Below are positions 26,894-40,030 of a stretch of DNA of 64,000 nt, piece after piece. The stretch is from assembly GCF_037042905.1 (NCBI RefSeq), contig NC_087263.1, forward strand, positions 12,774,001-12,838,000, written 5' to 3'. Source of the stretch: Lytechinus pictus (taxonomy: Eukaryota). The translations under genes were made by a program, and so were the position numbers. The notes beneath the pieces are model-generated. The model did no database searches. It was not told where the DNA came from and saw nothing but the letters and a program-made list of their open reading frames with translations. Every line of letters starts with the position of its first letter. Position 1 is the first letter of the stretch.

Positions 26894-27967
26894 TGTGACT
26901 TTTCCAAATTAAGAAAATATTTTGAAGTATTTCTTTTTCTCGAAATAACAAGGGATGGGGGAGGGGTCGATTGCAAAAGAAAAAAAAAAAACCGGTGTGC
27001 AGTACAAAGTTTCACGTGTGTTACCAATAATGACAACTTCAGAAAGTTATAAAATACTCTGCGAGAATTTGTTTTTGTAATCTTACTACTTTGGCTGACA
27101 TGCCTTTAATTAGGAGAGTAGAAATAATGATTTCATTTAAATGAAAATAGTGTTTTTTACAAGACCTAAATAACCGCTATTTCAACTTTTAGTCTTAGTA
27201 ACAAATGAATAACTTCCTGTAAAAAAACAATATTCCGATTATTGTCGTTACCCTTCCGATGGTTTAAATACGTTTGCCATTTTACATATGACATATTCTG
27301 CGATGATTGTAGAATACACAAATAAAATAATTTCCAGGTATTATTTGCTGCTCAAGTCAATCTATTCAGAGCGTGACCGCTAGTTGTGTGTCATAAACAC
27401 CTCGTCACATTTAGCGTTGGTGATGGATCTGAGAAGTGGTTTAGTTTGGGAAACCGATTTGATTCTTATTGAAATAAAATAATTGCTTATTATATCTGCT
27501 TTGAAATTCCTTTTAAGAGATCATAAAAGACAGGTGGCGGGGGTGATGAATAAATCAATCGGGAGAACGGCAATGCATTTGAAGAAATACACCCCTCCAG
27601 CCAAGATAATTAGATTGAGTATTAAAGAAGTAGCGATTCTTATCCATTAACGTCCCCCTGTTATCAATAAAATCTTGACTCTTAAAAAAAACAACCTTAA
27701 AACAAAACTTCCTCCTACTATTGAGTAAGCCTTGAATAGCAATTATCCCCCAATCAAACGTAGTTTCATTCGAAAATAAAAGAAAACATGAATAAGATGG
27801 ATCTTAGAACCCTTTTTTACTCGGATTCTGTCAATTGAATTTGAAATTTTAGTAGGTAAGGATGTGAGAATTACAAATGGTTTCGTTGATCTACTAATGT
27901 AAAGGGAATATTTTAAACCTTACTAGTGATTCATCGATGTTAGTGCAGGATTGTCATTGTCGACAGC

Positions 27968-28025
27968 ATGAATTTGTGGCTGGCCCTACAGATCGTTATA
28001 CTTTTCTTCATAACTGAGTCAAAAG
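27968..28025 (+). CDS. Neurotrophin/Spaetzle-like cystine-knot precursor, coding exon 1 (signal peptide)
   Basis: ATG at 27968 encodes MNLWLALQIVILFFITESK, then G|gtatgt (phase 1). The hydrophobic core plus S-K-A after splicing fits a signal-peptidase site. Confidence 0.75.
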
Positions 28026-30334
28026 GTATGTAACTATTACACATTTAGTTGCCCTGTATTGTTCTTATTCTTCTATTTTAACGATGGCCTAGAAATTTCG
28101 AACCCGTACAAAAAGTTTCAATCAATTATCAGCAAAGCTTAAATGATATATTTTGATCTGCGAATGAACGAGTGAAAATTATTGATGACATTTCTTTCAA
28201 AGTTTATCCTGCCTGTATAACCATTAAAAAAATATCCTGATATATGTGCATCAATTGCTGAAATATGATTCTTTTGTACTTTTAATCTTGATTTAAAAAA
28301 AAATTCTTTATAGCCTTTATAATAACAAACGAAAGATATTTCGAGATGTCACGTCGCGCACAAAATGAGAACTGCCCCACCTTGCAAGAAAGTATATAGT
28401 GTATACATTGATATTCATGATCCAAAACGCGATTATCCATGGCCCTATGAAGTGGAATGCTGGGTATTCTATACAACACAGGCAGCACTGGTGGGGTGAA
28501 ATATTGAAATTTTTACCCAAATCACTTTTATTTTGGAGCAATTTCCCTTTCTTACTTGTAATTTATTTTCCAAACCAGCGCAGCATCTCCATAATCGTTC
28601 CCCGGCAGCTGCGATAAACCATTTATTTTTCAGGGTTAAGGGTTATATTCATATTTTTAAAGAAAATTTCAAGTGAATGAACATTATTTTATTAATCATG
28701 AATGAAACAAAAACACAAAAAAAGATACTTGAAAAAGAAGAACCTGCGCAATATGAGAAGAAAAAAATATCGAGGAACAATATACTATATGTAAGGTGTT
28801 ACGTGATATAGGAAAGTCTTAGATCTACCAACCAAGAAATTCACATCCTACTTAAAATGCTATCCTGAACCAAATAAATATATGTATCTATATTATTTAG
28901 TTTTTTCCCATCCTAAATGTTGTAAAGGGAGTGAATTGAAACAGGAAACATGTCTTTCGTAAAAAGAATCTCTCAATAAAACAGTAATTCGGGATTGCAT
29001 ACGTTTTATTAACAAGGTAATTTTTGTCCGAGAAATAGGCGTATATTATTTTGTTGATTGATTTTAGACAAAGCTGCATGCCACCCCCCCTCTTTAAGAA
29101 ACTTAATCCCTTTTTTAAAGGAAAGAATGCATTTAAGTTATTGTGCATATGTGTTTTACCACTGTCGTATTTTAAGAGATTCTGGGTAGCTATACATACA
29201 TCATTTAAAGTAGATACGAAACCCAAATGGAAATTGAGTAATAGTTCCTAAGGTTTGAAGCTACAACAACCCGAAAAACCCCGTAAAACGTTCCCCATAT
29301 AGCAAATGGAAAATAAAATGTAAAAGGGTCAAGCATTTTCGTGATTCATTATTCATGTATAAGGGGTTAATGTTGTTTAAATGTAATAAATCTTTGGTCT
29401 GTCATGTTCATAACCTTTGATAAAAAGAATAAAAAAAAAACACCTTACAATTCCGTGTGTTACAATGTTTGTTACTATTGCACCGTAATGTGGGGCAATA
29501 GTAATGCTTGAACTCTTGTTTTGAAATGATAATGGCTTCTAGATTAAGTGTTTGACTTAACCCAAACTTATTCGTATGCCAAGCCGAGATGTGAAAAATC
29601 GTTTTAATTAATGTTTAGGAATTAAGATTTAATAAAGTTGATAAGTGAAATTCTGAAAATTGTGTTACAATTGTCCCCGGTCTCCCCGCCTTTCTAAAGC
29701 GTACAGCTGAGTATAGGGTGAAAAGATGGACACACACACTCAAAGTCTTTAGTGTGGCGTTTGGATAGCGCGCATTTGAACTCCTTTTTCATGTCGTGTA
29801 AACGTGGCGAAGAATAATTGCTCAGTTTTGGAAATGCAATATCTATTTAATCTGAATAAGATTTGATTAGGGCACTCTTGCAAAGTCTACTCCAAGTGTT
29901 GTAATTACTCACGAAAAAAAAGTTTTGATTGTGATCTTATTAAACAAACGTGCATGTCCCTTTTGATTAGTCTAACAGAGGTGCATAATTCTCTAAGAAA
30001 AGACAGGGTTTTAGTGCATTAATATGATTATCAAAAATTAAAGCTAAGAAGAAAAATATAATTATTGCCGGTACTATTTATCTCTTCACAAAATACAAAT
30101 TGTTCTCTTTGCTTGCTATCAGGGGATTATTCTATTCATTCATCTGCAATGCATATACACATGATTTAGTTTACAATGGAAGACGTATTTCATAAAGTAC
30201 TTTTGATTGCAAGATACAGTATCATTGATAATGATTCTTAAAATCTCGTAACGTACTCATTACCTGTAAGGCATGAACAACAAAATAAGTTGATTTTTTC
30301 ATCGTTGTTTATGAATTTTGTTTTGATATTTCAG

Positions 30335-30381
30335 CAAGGAATCATCGAAAGAAATACTGGAAATATGCGTTATCAAGTCAG
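30335..30381 (+). CDS. Neurotrophin/Spaetzle-like precursor, coding exon 2 (prodomain)
   Basis: ttttgatatttcag| ... CAG|gtaagt, 47 nt, phase 1/0. Encodes (A)RNHRKKYWKYALSSQ. Confidence 0.75.
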
Positions 30382-30481
30382 GTAAGTTTAAGCGTACATG
30401 CTTTTGTACTCTTTCCCCATGAATTCATTATCGGGCATTATATCATATAAATATAAGTGTCCGTGTGGGAGTTTGTTTTCC

Positions 30482-30660
30482 AGTGTGGTCCAGTGGTCAG
30501 AGCATTGGACTCATCATCGCAAGGTTGTGAGTTCGAATCCCCTCTCTGCCATTGTCTTCACTTTAAAAAAAAGGCCCAAGAGTAATATCTTTCGTCTATA
30601 TGGTCAGCCACTATGACTGATTAACATAGACGTAAAATGTTTCATAGGTAATTGGTTATA
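30482..30660 (+). mobile_element. tRNA-derived SINE
   Basis: TGGTCCAGTGGTCAGAGC A box, GAGTTCGAATCCC B box, then a non-tRNA body. Confidence 0.65.
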
Positions 30661-32068
30661 TACCAGCTTGGCGTTAACCAGCAAAATGCTGTCCACGCCG
30701 AGTTCCTACGGGAGTTGCCATAAACAGAAACAGAATCTATATGACATACAATATCAGTGCCTGACCGAACATATTGCTATTATATTCCAGTTATACCCAC
30801 ATATTCACATATGCACACATGTACACCCACACGCGCACACAGCCTCAAAGTCCCACACTAACACAAACACAGTCATACGCACGCATTTTCAAATATATGC
30901 TCCTAAATCACCCCTTTCATCTCTTTATCTCTCTAAATCTAATTTATTTAAACCATACTTTATTTATGCCTCTTCAAAAATAAAGAAATATATCACAATA
31001 CAGCATCCAATCTATAAATATATGAATATCAAATTATACAAGGATTTTTGCCATACACTGAGAAAAATAAAACGGAACTTGACAAAGTTACCTTTACAAT
31101 CAAACACTAAAAATAAATCAATTCAAAACTACATTTTTTCTGCTTATTTCCATAAAGACATTCATTAATTGTAATTATCAAAATAATAACATGATAAAAA
31201 AGAGGAAGATTAATAAAAATCACATCAAATCTAACACTTTTCCCCATTTTCTCTGCATTCCCCACGATACCGCTGCCACACCCCTAAAATAACATTCATA
31301 CACACCACTTAAAGTAAGCACCCGATATAAACTCCTCAAAAAAAGTTTAGAAATCTGATTTTGATCGATAATCCCTCTTCGGTTTTAGTAAATATTAATG
31401 TATTATGGATATTAATGAATAGATCATTTAATTTTCTTTAAAATGATACCCTACATGATATGATTATGGTTCACATGGAGGTGCAGTGCCTTTAAATGTG
31501 GGGCAAGGTCAAAATTCAAAAGTTGCACAATGACACAATATTGAAGTCACTGTTCTCTTTTTCCGTGGTGATCAGTGAGTTTCTCAGCGGTTTCTTTTGT
31601 TTTCATGCACCTTAACAGCAACATTAACATGGAATCAAACACACCTCTGCACAAGCAAACACATAACAAACAAACAAACAAACATGCATGGGTATTTCAA
31701 ACCATGTTATCTCACAGAACCATCACTACATAAACCACAACAAAAACATTAAAAATGAAGAAGCAGGGGCTTGATTTGAATGGATTTTCATCTCTATTGA
31801 CACAGACAAAAGAATCATGTTCTTTATTGACCCTTCATGACTATTTCTGCTCGTTTTGCAGCTTTTCAATTCAGACCTCATCCAACACTTTTAAATCCTG
31901 CTCTTTTCGTAATGGCATGACCATAACAAGCATGGTATCATTTTAAAGAGAATTAAATGATCTTTTGAATTATATTGTGTAAAATTGGGAGTTGGGAGTA
32001 ATTGATGGCCAAACTCAGATTTCCAATTTTTTGTGAGGGGTTTACATACATTTGCACAAAAATGCACA

Positions 32069-32470
32069 TTCAATTCAATTCAGTTCAATTTATTTATTCA
32101 ACCATCATCATTCATCAGGTATAAACAATTACATAAATACATACAAATATAACAATAGAATGATGGTTTGGTGACCCCGGAGAAAGCAGAGCTTATAAAA
32201 AGGGGCCACCGAGTTAAAATGGACACTGAAAAAATACAATAAATAATGATAATTACACTAAGTACACCGATGCAACAGCCAAAAAAAGGGGGGGGGGGAG
32301 GGGGGACTTTGAAAGAGATGAAACAAATGATTGACTGAAGGTTTTTTAAACACAGGTTGATAATTTTCTAATAAGTCTCTTGAACCTAGAAAGAGTTGAA
32401 CTGGATTTTATATCAGAGCGAAGGTTATTCCATAACTTAGGAAAACAAGTTTTAAAGGAATAAAAAAAAA
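32069..32470 (-). mobile_element. 5'-truncated L2/Crack-type LINE fragment
   Basis: Minus strand encodes FYSFKTCFPKLWNNLRSDIKSSSTLSRFKRLIRK (ORF2 C-terminus), then a 3' UTR stem-loop and (TTGAA)n tail. Confidence 0.75.
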
Positions 32471-33502
32471 TCATAACATACACAGACCAACACTCGAACA
32501 CATATTTGGAAACACACATGTCTAATAATTGGAATGAAAAACTAAAGGTAAAGATAAAGACACTACAAGGCTTGGCATGTTTTACTACAAATTATTTTTA
32601 GACAAAATATGTCTTTTTGTGGTAATAATTTTCTGTTTGAAATAATTGACCGTATACTTGGTGTATATGAATATCTAAAAAAACGAATATTATTTTTAAA
32701 CAAATGCAAAATGGCATATTATCATTTAACAATTCTTTATCTACGTTGAACATTCATTGCTCCGTTGAAAACTAATACATTTATGCTAAAAATAACAAAG
32801 TCGAAGCAGATGGAAGAACATAATTTCGCTGTAGATTGATTTTATAACTACTGATAGAAATATTGTGTATATAATATTTTGCTACGGTCGCAATGTATTA
32901 TGAAATAAATGATATTTCACATGTTTGATGAAGAAAAAAAAATCGTTAAGTTTAGTTTTTTGGTCAGATGCATATGTATAACAAAGTATCAGCTTTAATC
33001 TGCAGCGAATCACAAAGTTATGAAACTATAAAGGCAAAGTTTCAATATGATGATTTACTACTTAAATGATTAAGTTAAAGGAAGGTATTTTTTCCCAAAT
33101 TGCATATGTCAAATTATTTTGTATTTCTTGTACATAACTTTTAAATCTTTCCGTAATGATCATGGGCTGAGGGGGTCATATTTGAGAGACATATGTCCGT
33201 ATTCCGAACTCGGGTTTAAATCTAACTCTGGTCTAAAGTTGTGGTTTAACTACGGATAGCCATCTGTTACACAAATCATTTAGAGTGTCTTTAAGAGGTT
33301 CGATTTATCAGCTCATTTGTTACTCGGATCATTCAAAACTATCTGGATATAATAACCATGATACCTGAATTAGTTACAGTCGACATTATAGCCTTATAAA
33401 ATAACACCTCCAATGAACATAAGAACCATATAATGTTACAAAATTTTGAAATAATCGGAAATGAATAATTTTAGTACAGGGTTAGAGCATGGTCGAAGTT
33501 AA

Positions 33503-34095
33503 AGGTCAAGTCCACCCCCCAAAAAAAGAAAGAAAGATGATTTGAATAAATAGAGAAAAATCCAACTAGCAAAACGCTAAAAATTTCATCAAAATCGGTG
33601 TAAAATAGGGAAAGTTATGACATTTTAAAGTTTCGCCTATTTTTCACAAAACAGTTATATGCACATCTCAGTGACATGCAGATGAGACAATCGATGATGT
33701 CCATCACTCACTATTTCATTTGTTTTTTTATTGTTTGAATTATACAATATTTCATTTTGTACAGATTTGACAATAAGGATCAACTTGACTGAACCATATA
33801 GTATTAATACAATGCTAATTCCATATGTTCAGGGAGGAATTAATCTTTTTTTCACTTGACAATGAGGAGGAAATTAGAATAATTCATATTTCATATAATG
33901 AAATACAAAAGAAATAGTGAGTGGATGAGGTCATCAGTCTCATCATTTGCATACCGACCAGGATATTAAGCGAACCTCTAAAATGTCATAACTTTCTGAC
34001 TTTACATCCGATTTTGATGAAGTTTTCAGTGTTATGCTTGCTGGATTTGTCTCTTTTTCATTCAAATGAACTTATGATTGGGATGGACTTGTCCT
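33503..34095. mobile_element. Kolobok-like MITE (TTAA TSD) nested in another MITE
   Basis: TTAA-AGGTCAAGTCCA...TGGACTTGTCCT-TTAA. Related copies at 52098-52580 and, more decayed, at 37806-38380 and 40350-40550. Confidence 0.75.
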
Positions 34096-34563
34096 TTAAG
34101 CTCGAATTTGAATACTGCCTATATGCTCTGATAAACGCCACTTATTCATCACAAGATTATTATTTCTAATATTCATATGATGGATACATACAAACATCAT
34201 CAGTTAATTCAGTAAGTCGAGAAATTGCCTAGAAGAGGAGAATATGAAATTGTGACCAGGCATGAGAAAGCCCATGAACAGTCTCCAGACATGATATCTT
34301 TTTTAAATATCCCTATTCCAAGATAAGGTTCTTTGCTTTAAAAATTAGATAACTCACCACTATTGAATAACCATACCCTTCATCATAAAAAAAAATAATG
34401 TTCACTCCCGAAGAAATTTACGTTTTGCAGTAAGAGGGGTTAAAGTTGACGAGTCTTAGCACAATTACCCTCAACCCATTGTGAAAAAATAGTAAAAATT
34501 ACGATCACGATTAATCAAAATTTTCCTGAAACAGAAGGGGAATCAATTTAGTCATATCCTGTT

Positions 34564-34753
34564 TTTTTTATAACAAGTTCACACCTAGTTACCAATAATG
34601 CATACAGCATTTCCATTTATTATAAAGCAGGATAAAAGAGCATTGTAGAATAAATGCCTTGCTCACGGGCATAGCTGCCGCGGCGGGGGATCGAACCCGG
34701 ACTTTTTCATGTATAGCCAGGCGCCTTAGTCCACTCGGCCACGGCACCTCCAC
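34564..34753 (-). mobile_element. Young tRNA-derived SINE with 15-bp TSD
   Basis: Minus strand has GTGGCCGAGTGG (A box), GGTTCGATCCC (B box) and an A tail. TSD TAGTCATATCCTGTT at 34549-34563 and 34754-34768. Confidence 0.88.
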
Positions 34754-35182
34754 TAGTCATATCCTGTTCATGATAACAATATTGATACAATAGCTAATTC
34801 ATTTTTCAATTTATTAGCGTTCAAAGTAGGAGGAAGACTTTTTAGGGAGAACAAATTGCAACATAATAAAAAAAGTCATCGGTCGAATTAAAGATGTCGG
34901 AACAGCCCTTTCGATTCCTTTTCATACTTCGAGTTTTCACTGTGTATAGAAAAGAGTATACCCTTTTCAGAAATAATAAAAACTGAAGTTGACCATTCAA
35001 AACGAAAACAACTCTTAATATTATCTTACTGGAAATGTAACGATGCGACTTTTTGGGTTTTTTGACATGACTGGTCACAATGGCTCTTATTCTGAAATCT
35101 AATGCTATATATTATATATATATATGTTTGATACAAATAAATGAACACATCTTTTTGTCATTAATGGTACTTGTATTGACAG

Positions 35183-35311
35183 GGTGACATGAACCCGAAT
35201 ACGTATGACTTCCGGCAACCATATTTTCTACAAGGAGGGAAATTATTAGACCAGGATGCTTCCGCCGGCGACATCGTAAACCACGGAGCTAACCAATTCA
35301 AAAGGACCTAT
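35183..35311 (+). CDS. Neurotrophin/Spaetzle-like precursor, coding exon 3 (prodomain, KR cleavage site)
   Basis: ttgtattgacag| ... TAT|gtaagt, 129 nt; only the phase 0/0 frame is open. Encodes GDMNPNTYDFRQPYFLQGGKLLDQDASAGDIVNHGANQFKRTY. Confidence 0.82.
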
Positions 35312-35459
35312 GTAAGTATTGCTCCTATCACGAAAACATCATTTTCAAACGAAATTAGGTGATCCCTGGGGGTGTTTTACAAAGTGATAAATGTGACATG
35401 AGATTCATGCTTTAGGGTTGCACGGGCCTAATCACAACTGGCAGGCAAAAGATATTCAT

Positions 35460-35870
35460 TCGAGCCAACCCATTGCTCAATTTTTTAATTTGATATTGCT
35501 GATTGACAAAAATGAATGAATATGACTGACAATCTAACACTGATTCTAGGGAGGGTACCTACTAAACTTTCTTTTTCCAAATTGGAAATATATATCACCA
35601 CTGTGGAACTATATTTTTACTGGCGGAAGAACTAGGGCCATTTTACTCTCTCAAGTGATGAATTTGATCCCGTCAGGTGTAGTCTTCATAAATGCTGATT
35701 TATTTTTAAAATGAGCCGGTCGAGGTACCCTTTTCTGGTCAGATATGGAATGTCAGACATTTATCCTATCCACTGGTAGTAAACATTCAACCCTCGAATT
35801 TTCTCCTTATTTTTTATGAATTTTTTTTAAGTGCCACTTTAACACACGAGTATATGGGAAATGAATTAGG
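35460..35870. repeat. Interspersed repeat; second copy at 52890-54320 is split by a Tc1/mariner-like element
   Basis: Shared GATATTGCTGATTGACA..CCTTTTCTGGTC..GATATGGAATG..TATCCT.TCCACTGGTAGTAAACATT. Confidence 0.75.
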
Positions 35871-36339
35871 GCTGTGAGCACTTAGACGCCAACGGGGTCA
35901 TGCTATTAATACACTTTATCCGATTGATGAATAGGCGGCAGTGCGGTGATGCGTTGTGTACCGCACGCAACTAAAATCGAAGTACAACTTTTAAGTCATA
36001 ATACAGGTGTACTTAAATCTTTGTGAAACACCCGTGGGTTAGTAGAGTCCCAGGTTCTCGCGATACGGGCAAGGGAAAAAACTGAAGGAATTCAGGGAGA
36101 ACACGGAATCCACAGATTTTCACGGAAAAGGCAAGTTTTTAGCCGCTCCGCAAATAAGAATAGGAATATGGGATCACGCAAAATACAGTGAAAATCACGA
36201 AAATCAAAAGAAATCCCGACACCACAAAACCGTGCATAGGTTGCCCATCAAACCCGCCTGCGTTGTTCAGCATGTGTTTGCTATGCTTTGTATGCATGGA
36301 AACCTAATGTCTCTATAGGCTGCATGCTCTAAAGATAAA

Positions 36340-36575
36340 TAATGATAATAGTTATACTTGCTTCACATACGTCTTTATCAGAAGTCTCAAAGGGCTCAAC
36401 AATTAATGAAGCGTTATTACCTTGGCTTTATCCGAGCCACTGTAACACGCTCACCGTTTCAAGGAATAAATTCTCGACAATATCTCACCTCCGTTGAGGG
36501 CAGCAGATTGTGGATTATTTTCTTCCCGAAGGAAAATATGCCATGGCTTGGATTCGAACCCACGACTCGTTTTCT
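36340..36575 (-). mobile_element. tRNA-derived SINE (same family as 39240-39385, 41775-41960, 42615-42830, 43119-43420)
   Basis: Minus-strand GTCGTGGGTTCGAATCCAAGCCATGGC plus the conserved family body. Confidence 0.7.
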
Positions 36576-37338
36576 GTTACAAACTCCGAAGATTAACCAA
36601 CTGGGACTAAACGCTCCATATACATGTATAATAATGATTTTAAGCCACACCGACTAAAACAGGAAAACACGATTCTGTGTGTAAATCTGCCATATTTATC
36701 ATGATGAAGGTGATGATGATGATGACCATGATGATGATACTATCATCACCACCTTCATCATCAACATCGGTGCAACCATAAAGATAATTCATTTGTCATT
36801 CTTATCCTTATTACGAGCGTGGGCTTATCGTGAGCTTTTGTTATACTTTGGCCAGAAACCGATTATATCTGGACACAAAAGTGTATTTGGCAAAGGCTTT
36901 CAATTCTTGCTCTATTGATTCATCAGATGACAGCCGCCTGGCATCCTTAAACCTAAGTGGTGTGCGTGGGATTTCAATGAGTTATTACCTTATTGGTCTT
37001 TCTTTATATTTTAAAAGAGAACATAGGGGTCATACCTAATGGCCAAAACTCGGGATTTGCTTCGCTTTTGATACAAATCTCTGTATCTGTAGGATTCTGA
37101 GGGTCAAACAATAGAGAGGTCATGAGTCAGTGGGCGGACGAGTCGTTGTTAGATATGAAATGATAAGCGGCATAAGGAGCTAAAACGTAACGTTTGTTGA
37201 CAAGATGATAATAGAAGGTGCAGAGAGAATGGAAAAATGCCCCCCCCCAAAAAAAAAAAAAAAAAAATAATAATAAAATTAATTAATAAAAATTTAAAAA
37301 TAAAGGCTGACCAGAGTAAAAATTAAGTTATTGAATTT

Positions 37339-37602
37339 CACCGGCGGATCCAGGATTTTCCAAAAGGGGGGGGGGGCACATTTTCCCGACGAAAAATTCA
37401 CAAGCAAAAAAGAAGAAAAAAAAAAGAAAAAAGTTTTCAACAAAAATAAGGACATTTCGACCACGAAAAAATCTAGACAAGCGCAAAAAAGGTCTTCACT
37501 TTCAAAGGGGGGGGGGGGGACACTTCGGTTTTAACGTCATTTTTACATTACATTTTTTTACGGCACGGGCCGGCTTTGCCTCCCCCCCTGGATCCACCAG
37601 TG
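37339..37602. mobile_element. hAT-like G-tract MITE
   Basis: CACCGGCGGATCCAGG / CCTGGATCCACCAGTG termini with degenerate ~8-bp flank similarity. Confidence 0.65.
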
Positions 37603-38387
37603 ATCGAATTGTACGCTTCGCTTACCTTTTTAGAAGAAAACACTTGCGGGATTTTCTTTGTAGGCCTAAAAATAATACTCTCCTTTGTCTGGCACTATGT
37701 TTCTCACACAAAATAGGTTTCGACAATGTGTTTTAACAAATAATTTGTTCATTTCTTTTTGTTTGAGAAATAGAATTCAATAACTAAGTATGCTCTTTCG
37801 TTAAAGGGAAAGTTCAACCCAATAAAAGGGTGATTTAAATAGAAACAGGAAATTCAAACAGCATATTATAAATGCTGACGACTTGATCAAAATCGGGTGT
37901 ATGGTATTAAAAATAATGTAAAATTTACAATTTTGCACACCGCGATGATGAGAGAGTTGAAGAGTTGAAGTGATTTGATGGAGGATATTAAAGAAAACAA
38001 CGCAGTGATCGTGGTGTTATGCGAATGAGAGATTTGAAGATGTCAGACATTCAGTGTTTCATTTGTAGTTTATTGTATAAATAATATTTATTCAGATTTG
38101 ACGATAAGGAAGTTAATTATTGAAGCGTAATTTCAACAGGAGCAACTATTCTTGATCAGGTAAAACTGTTTTACATTACAATGAGGAAAACGGAAAACAT
38201 TTCATTTGATAAGAAACAAATAAAAAACTGTGTAAGACGTTTTAAATGAGTTTTCTGTGCTGAACATAATTACTAAGCCAAATACTGAAAATTTCATCTA
38301 AACTGATAACCGATATCGACGTTATTGAATTTTAAAGTTAAACAATATTTGTGAAACAGTTGTGTTATCTCAAGAAATTTCATTTTT

Positions 38388-39235
38388 GTTTCCCCTGCAT
38401 TACAGAGCGAAACTATAGGCGCCACATTTCCGACGGCGGCGGCGGCGGCGTCGTCAACATTGAAATCTTAACCAAGTATTAAGTTTTTGAAATGTCATCA
38501 TAACTTAGGAAGTATGTAGACCCATTTCATAAGAATTAAACAAAAACGGTAATAAAGTATTACTGAAACTCCTGCCTGAGTTTCAGGTCACATGACCAAG
38601 GTCGAAGGTCATTTAGGGTCAACGAACTTAGACCATGTTGGGAGTTTCAACATGTAAATCTTAACCAACTTTAAGTTTTTGAAATGTCAACATAACTTTG
38701 AAATGAACTAGTTCATGAAACTTAGACATAAGGGTAATAGTATACAAATAATGCACGTAAGCGCGTGCATGCAGGGCCAAATAATTAACGATGTGCGAGA
38801 AGAGCCAAAGGATATACTGCACCGAGGTCCGCAGGACCGAGTGCGGTATATCCATTTGGCGAGTCGAGCACAGAGTTCATTATTTAGGTCCTCTATGCAC
38901 AAGAATGCGTGCATTGTTTGTTTTATACAACCCCCCATGTTACTGAGTTGCCCCAAATGCTATATTTTATCTAAATTCTAGATGATTCCAGACCTCGCAC
39001 TATCCTGCACTCTGACGTCAGATTGCAGGATAGTGCGTTTTGGATGCAATAGTGCAATTCGCTGAATATCATGTGATCCGATTTGGACCAATCAGATTAC
39101 AGAACATTCTTGGGATTTGTATAATTTATCATTGAACATCCTGCGTAAGTTTCAGGTCACATGATCAAGGTCAAAGCTGATTTACGGTCCACGAACGTTG
39201 GCAATGTTGGGGGAATTTGTTGAATTGCCATAAAA
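38388..39235 (+). mobile_element. Second Helentron/HINE-like copy with a nested 380-bp insertion (38741-39123)
   Basis: Matches 4531-5380 and includes a (GGC)n tract. The insert has TATACAAAT/ATTTGTATA ends and an internal GGATATACTGCAC..GTGCGGTATATCC hairpin. Confidence 0.6.
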
Positions 39236-39239
39236 ACTA

Positions 39240-39385
39240 CCGGGTACCCATTTAATTCCTGGGTGAAGAATGGAAAGATGTACATTAACGTCTTGCCAAA
39301 GGACGCTAGGCCATGGTGGGATGCGAACACACCACCCTTTAATTACAAGGCGAGAGTCAGAACCGCTACACGAACATACCACACC
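39240..39385 (-). mobile_element. tRNA-derived SINE
   Basis: Minus-strand GTTCGCATCCCACCATGGC and CCCAGGAATTAAATGGGTACCCGG body. Confidence 0.65.
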
Positions 39386-39871
39386 CTTGTTTCAATCGGA
39401 TATAATGATAAACTTTTGGGAATCAACTTTTGAATCAGGTTGTAACCTAAACATGCAGATGACAAGTTAACGCCACAACTTCATTGCAAGTTTTCGCATT
39501 TGCAGCGGGGCCGGATTCTACAACATAGTAAATCGATTGAAAATGCCTGCCAAGTAGCAAAGAACAGCTTAGAGGCCTTTGTCGGAAATTGGTGAACCGG
39601 AAGAGCAGATCTGCTTAAGATTCGGAGCTGACGAAAAATCGCAAATATTTCGCTTGTCCAGAGTCCAGGACGAAGCTGTTTCATCGATTTTCGATAAAGA
39701 CTGCTTTGTCATGAATGGTTATTGACAATAGATTTTCAACGCTCCAGAAAGTGACTGCGTAGAGGTTGCCAAAATCCATTGATGTCGCGTCGCAACATTT
39801 ACAAAACATGGTATCCGAGTTTTATTCAGTAGGCTTATTAATATGCCTATCACACCTCACCACGTTACCAG

Positions 39872-40030
39872 GTGGGTGTTTCATAAAGCTGTTCGTAAGT
39901 TAAGAGCGACTTTAAGAACGACTGGTGACCCTTTCTTACGTGCTTAACCATCGCCAATAAATATACCATTTACCACAAGAAAGGATCACCAGTCGTTCTT
40001 AACTTACGAACAGCTTTATGAAACACCCAC
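39872..40030. mobile_element. PIF/Harbinger-like MITE
   Basis: Long TIR GTGGGTGTTTCATAAAGCTGTTCGTAAGTTAAGA with 3-bp TSD CAG. Confidence 0.85.
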
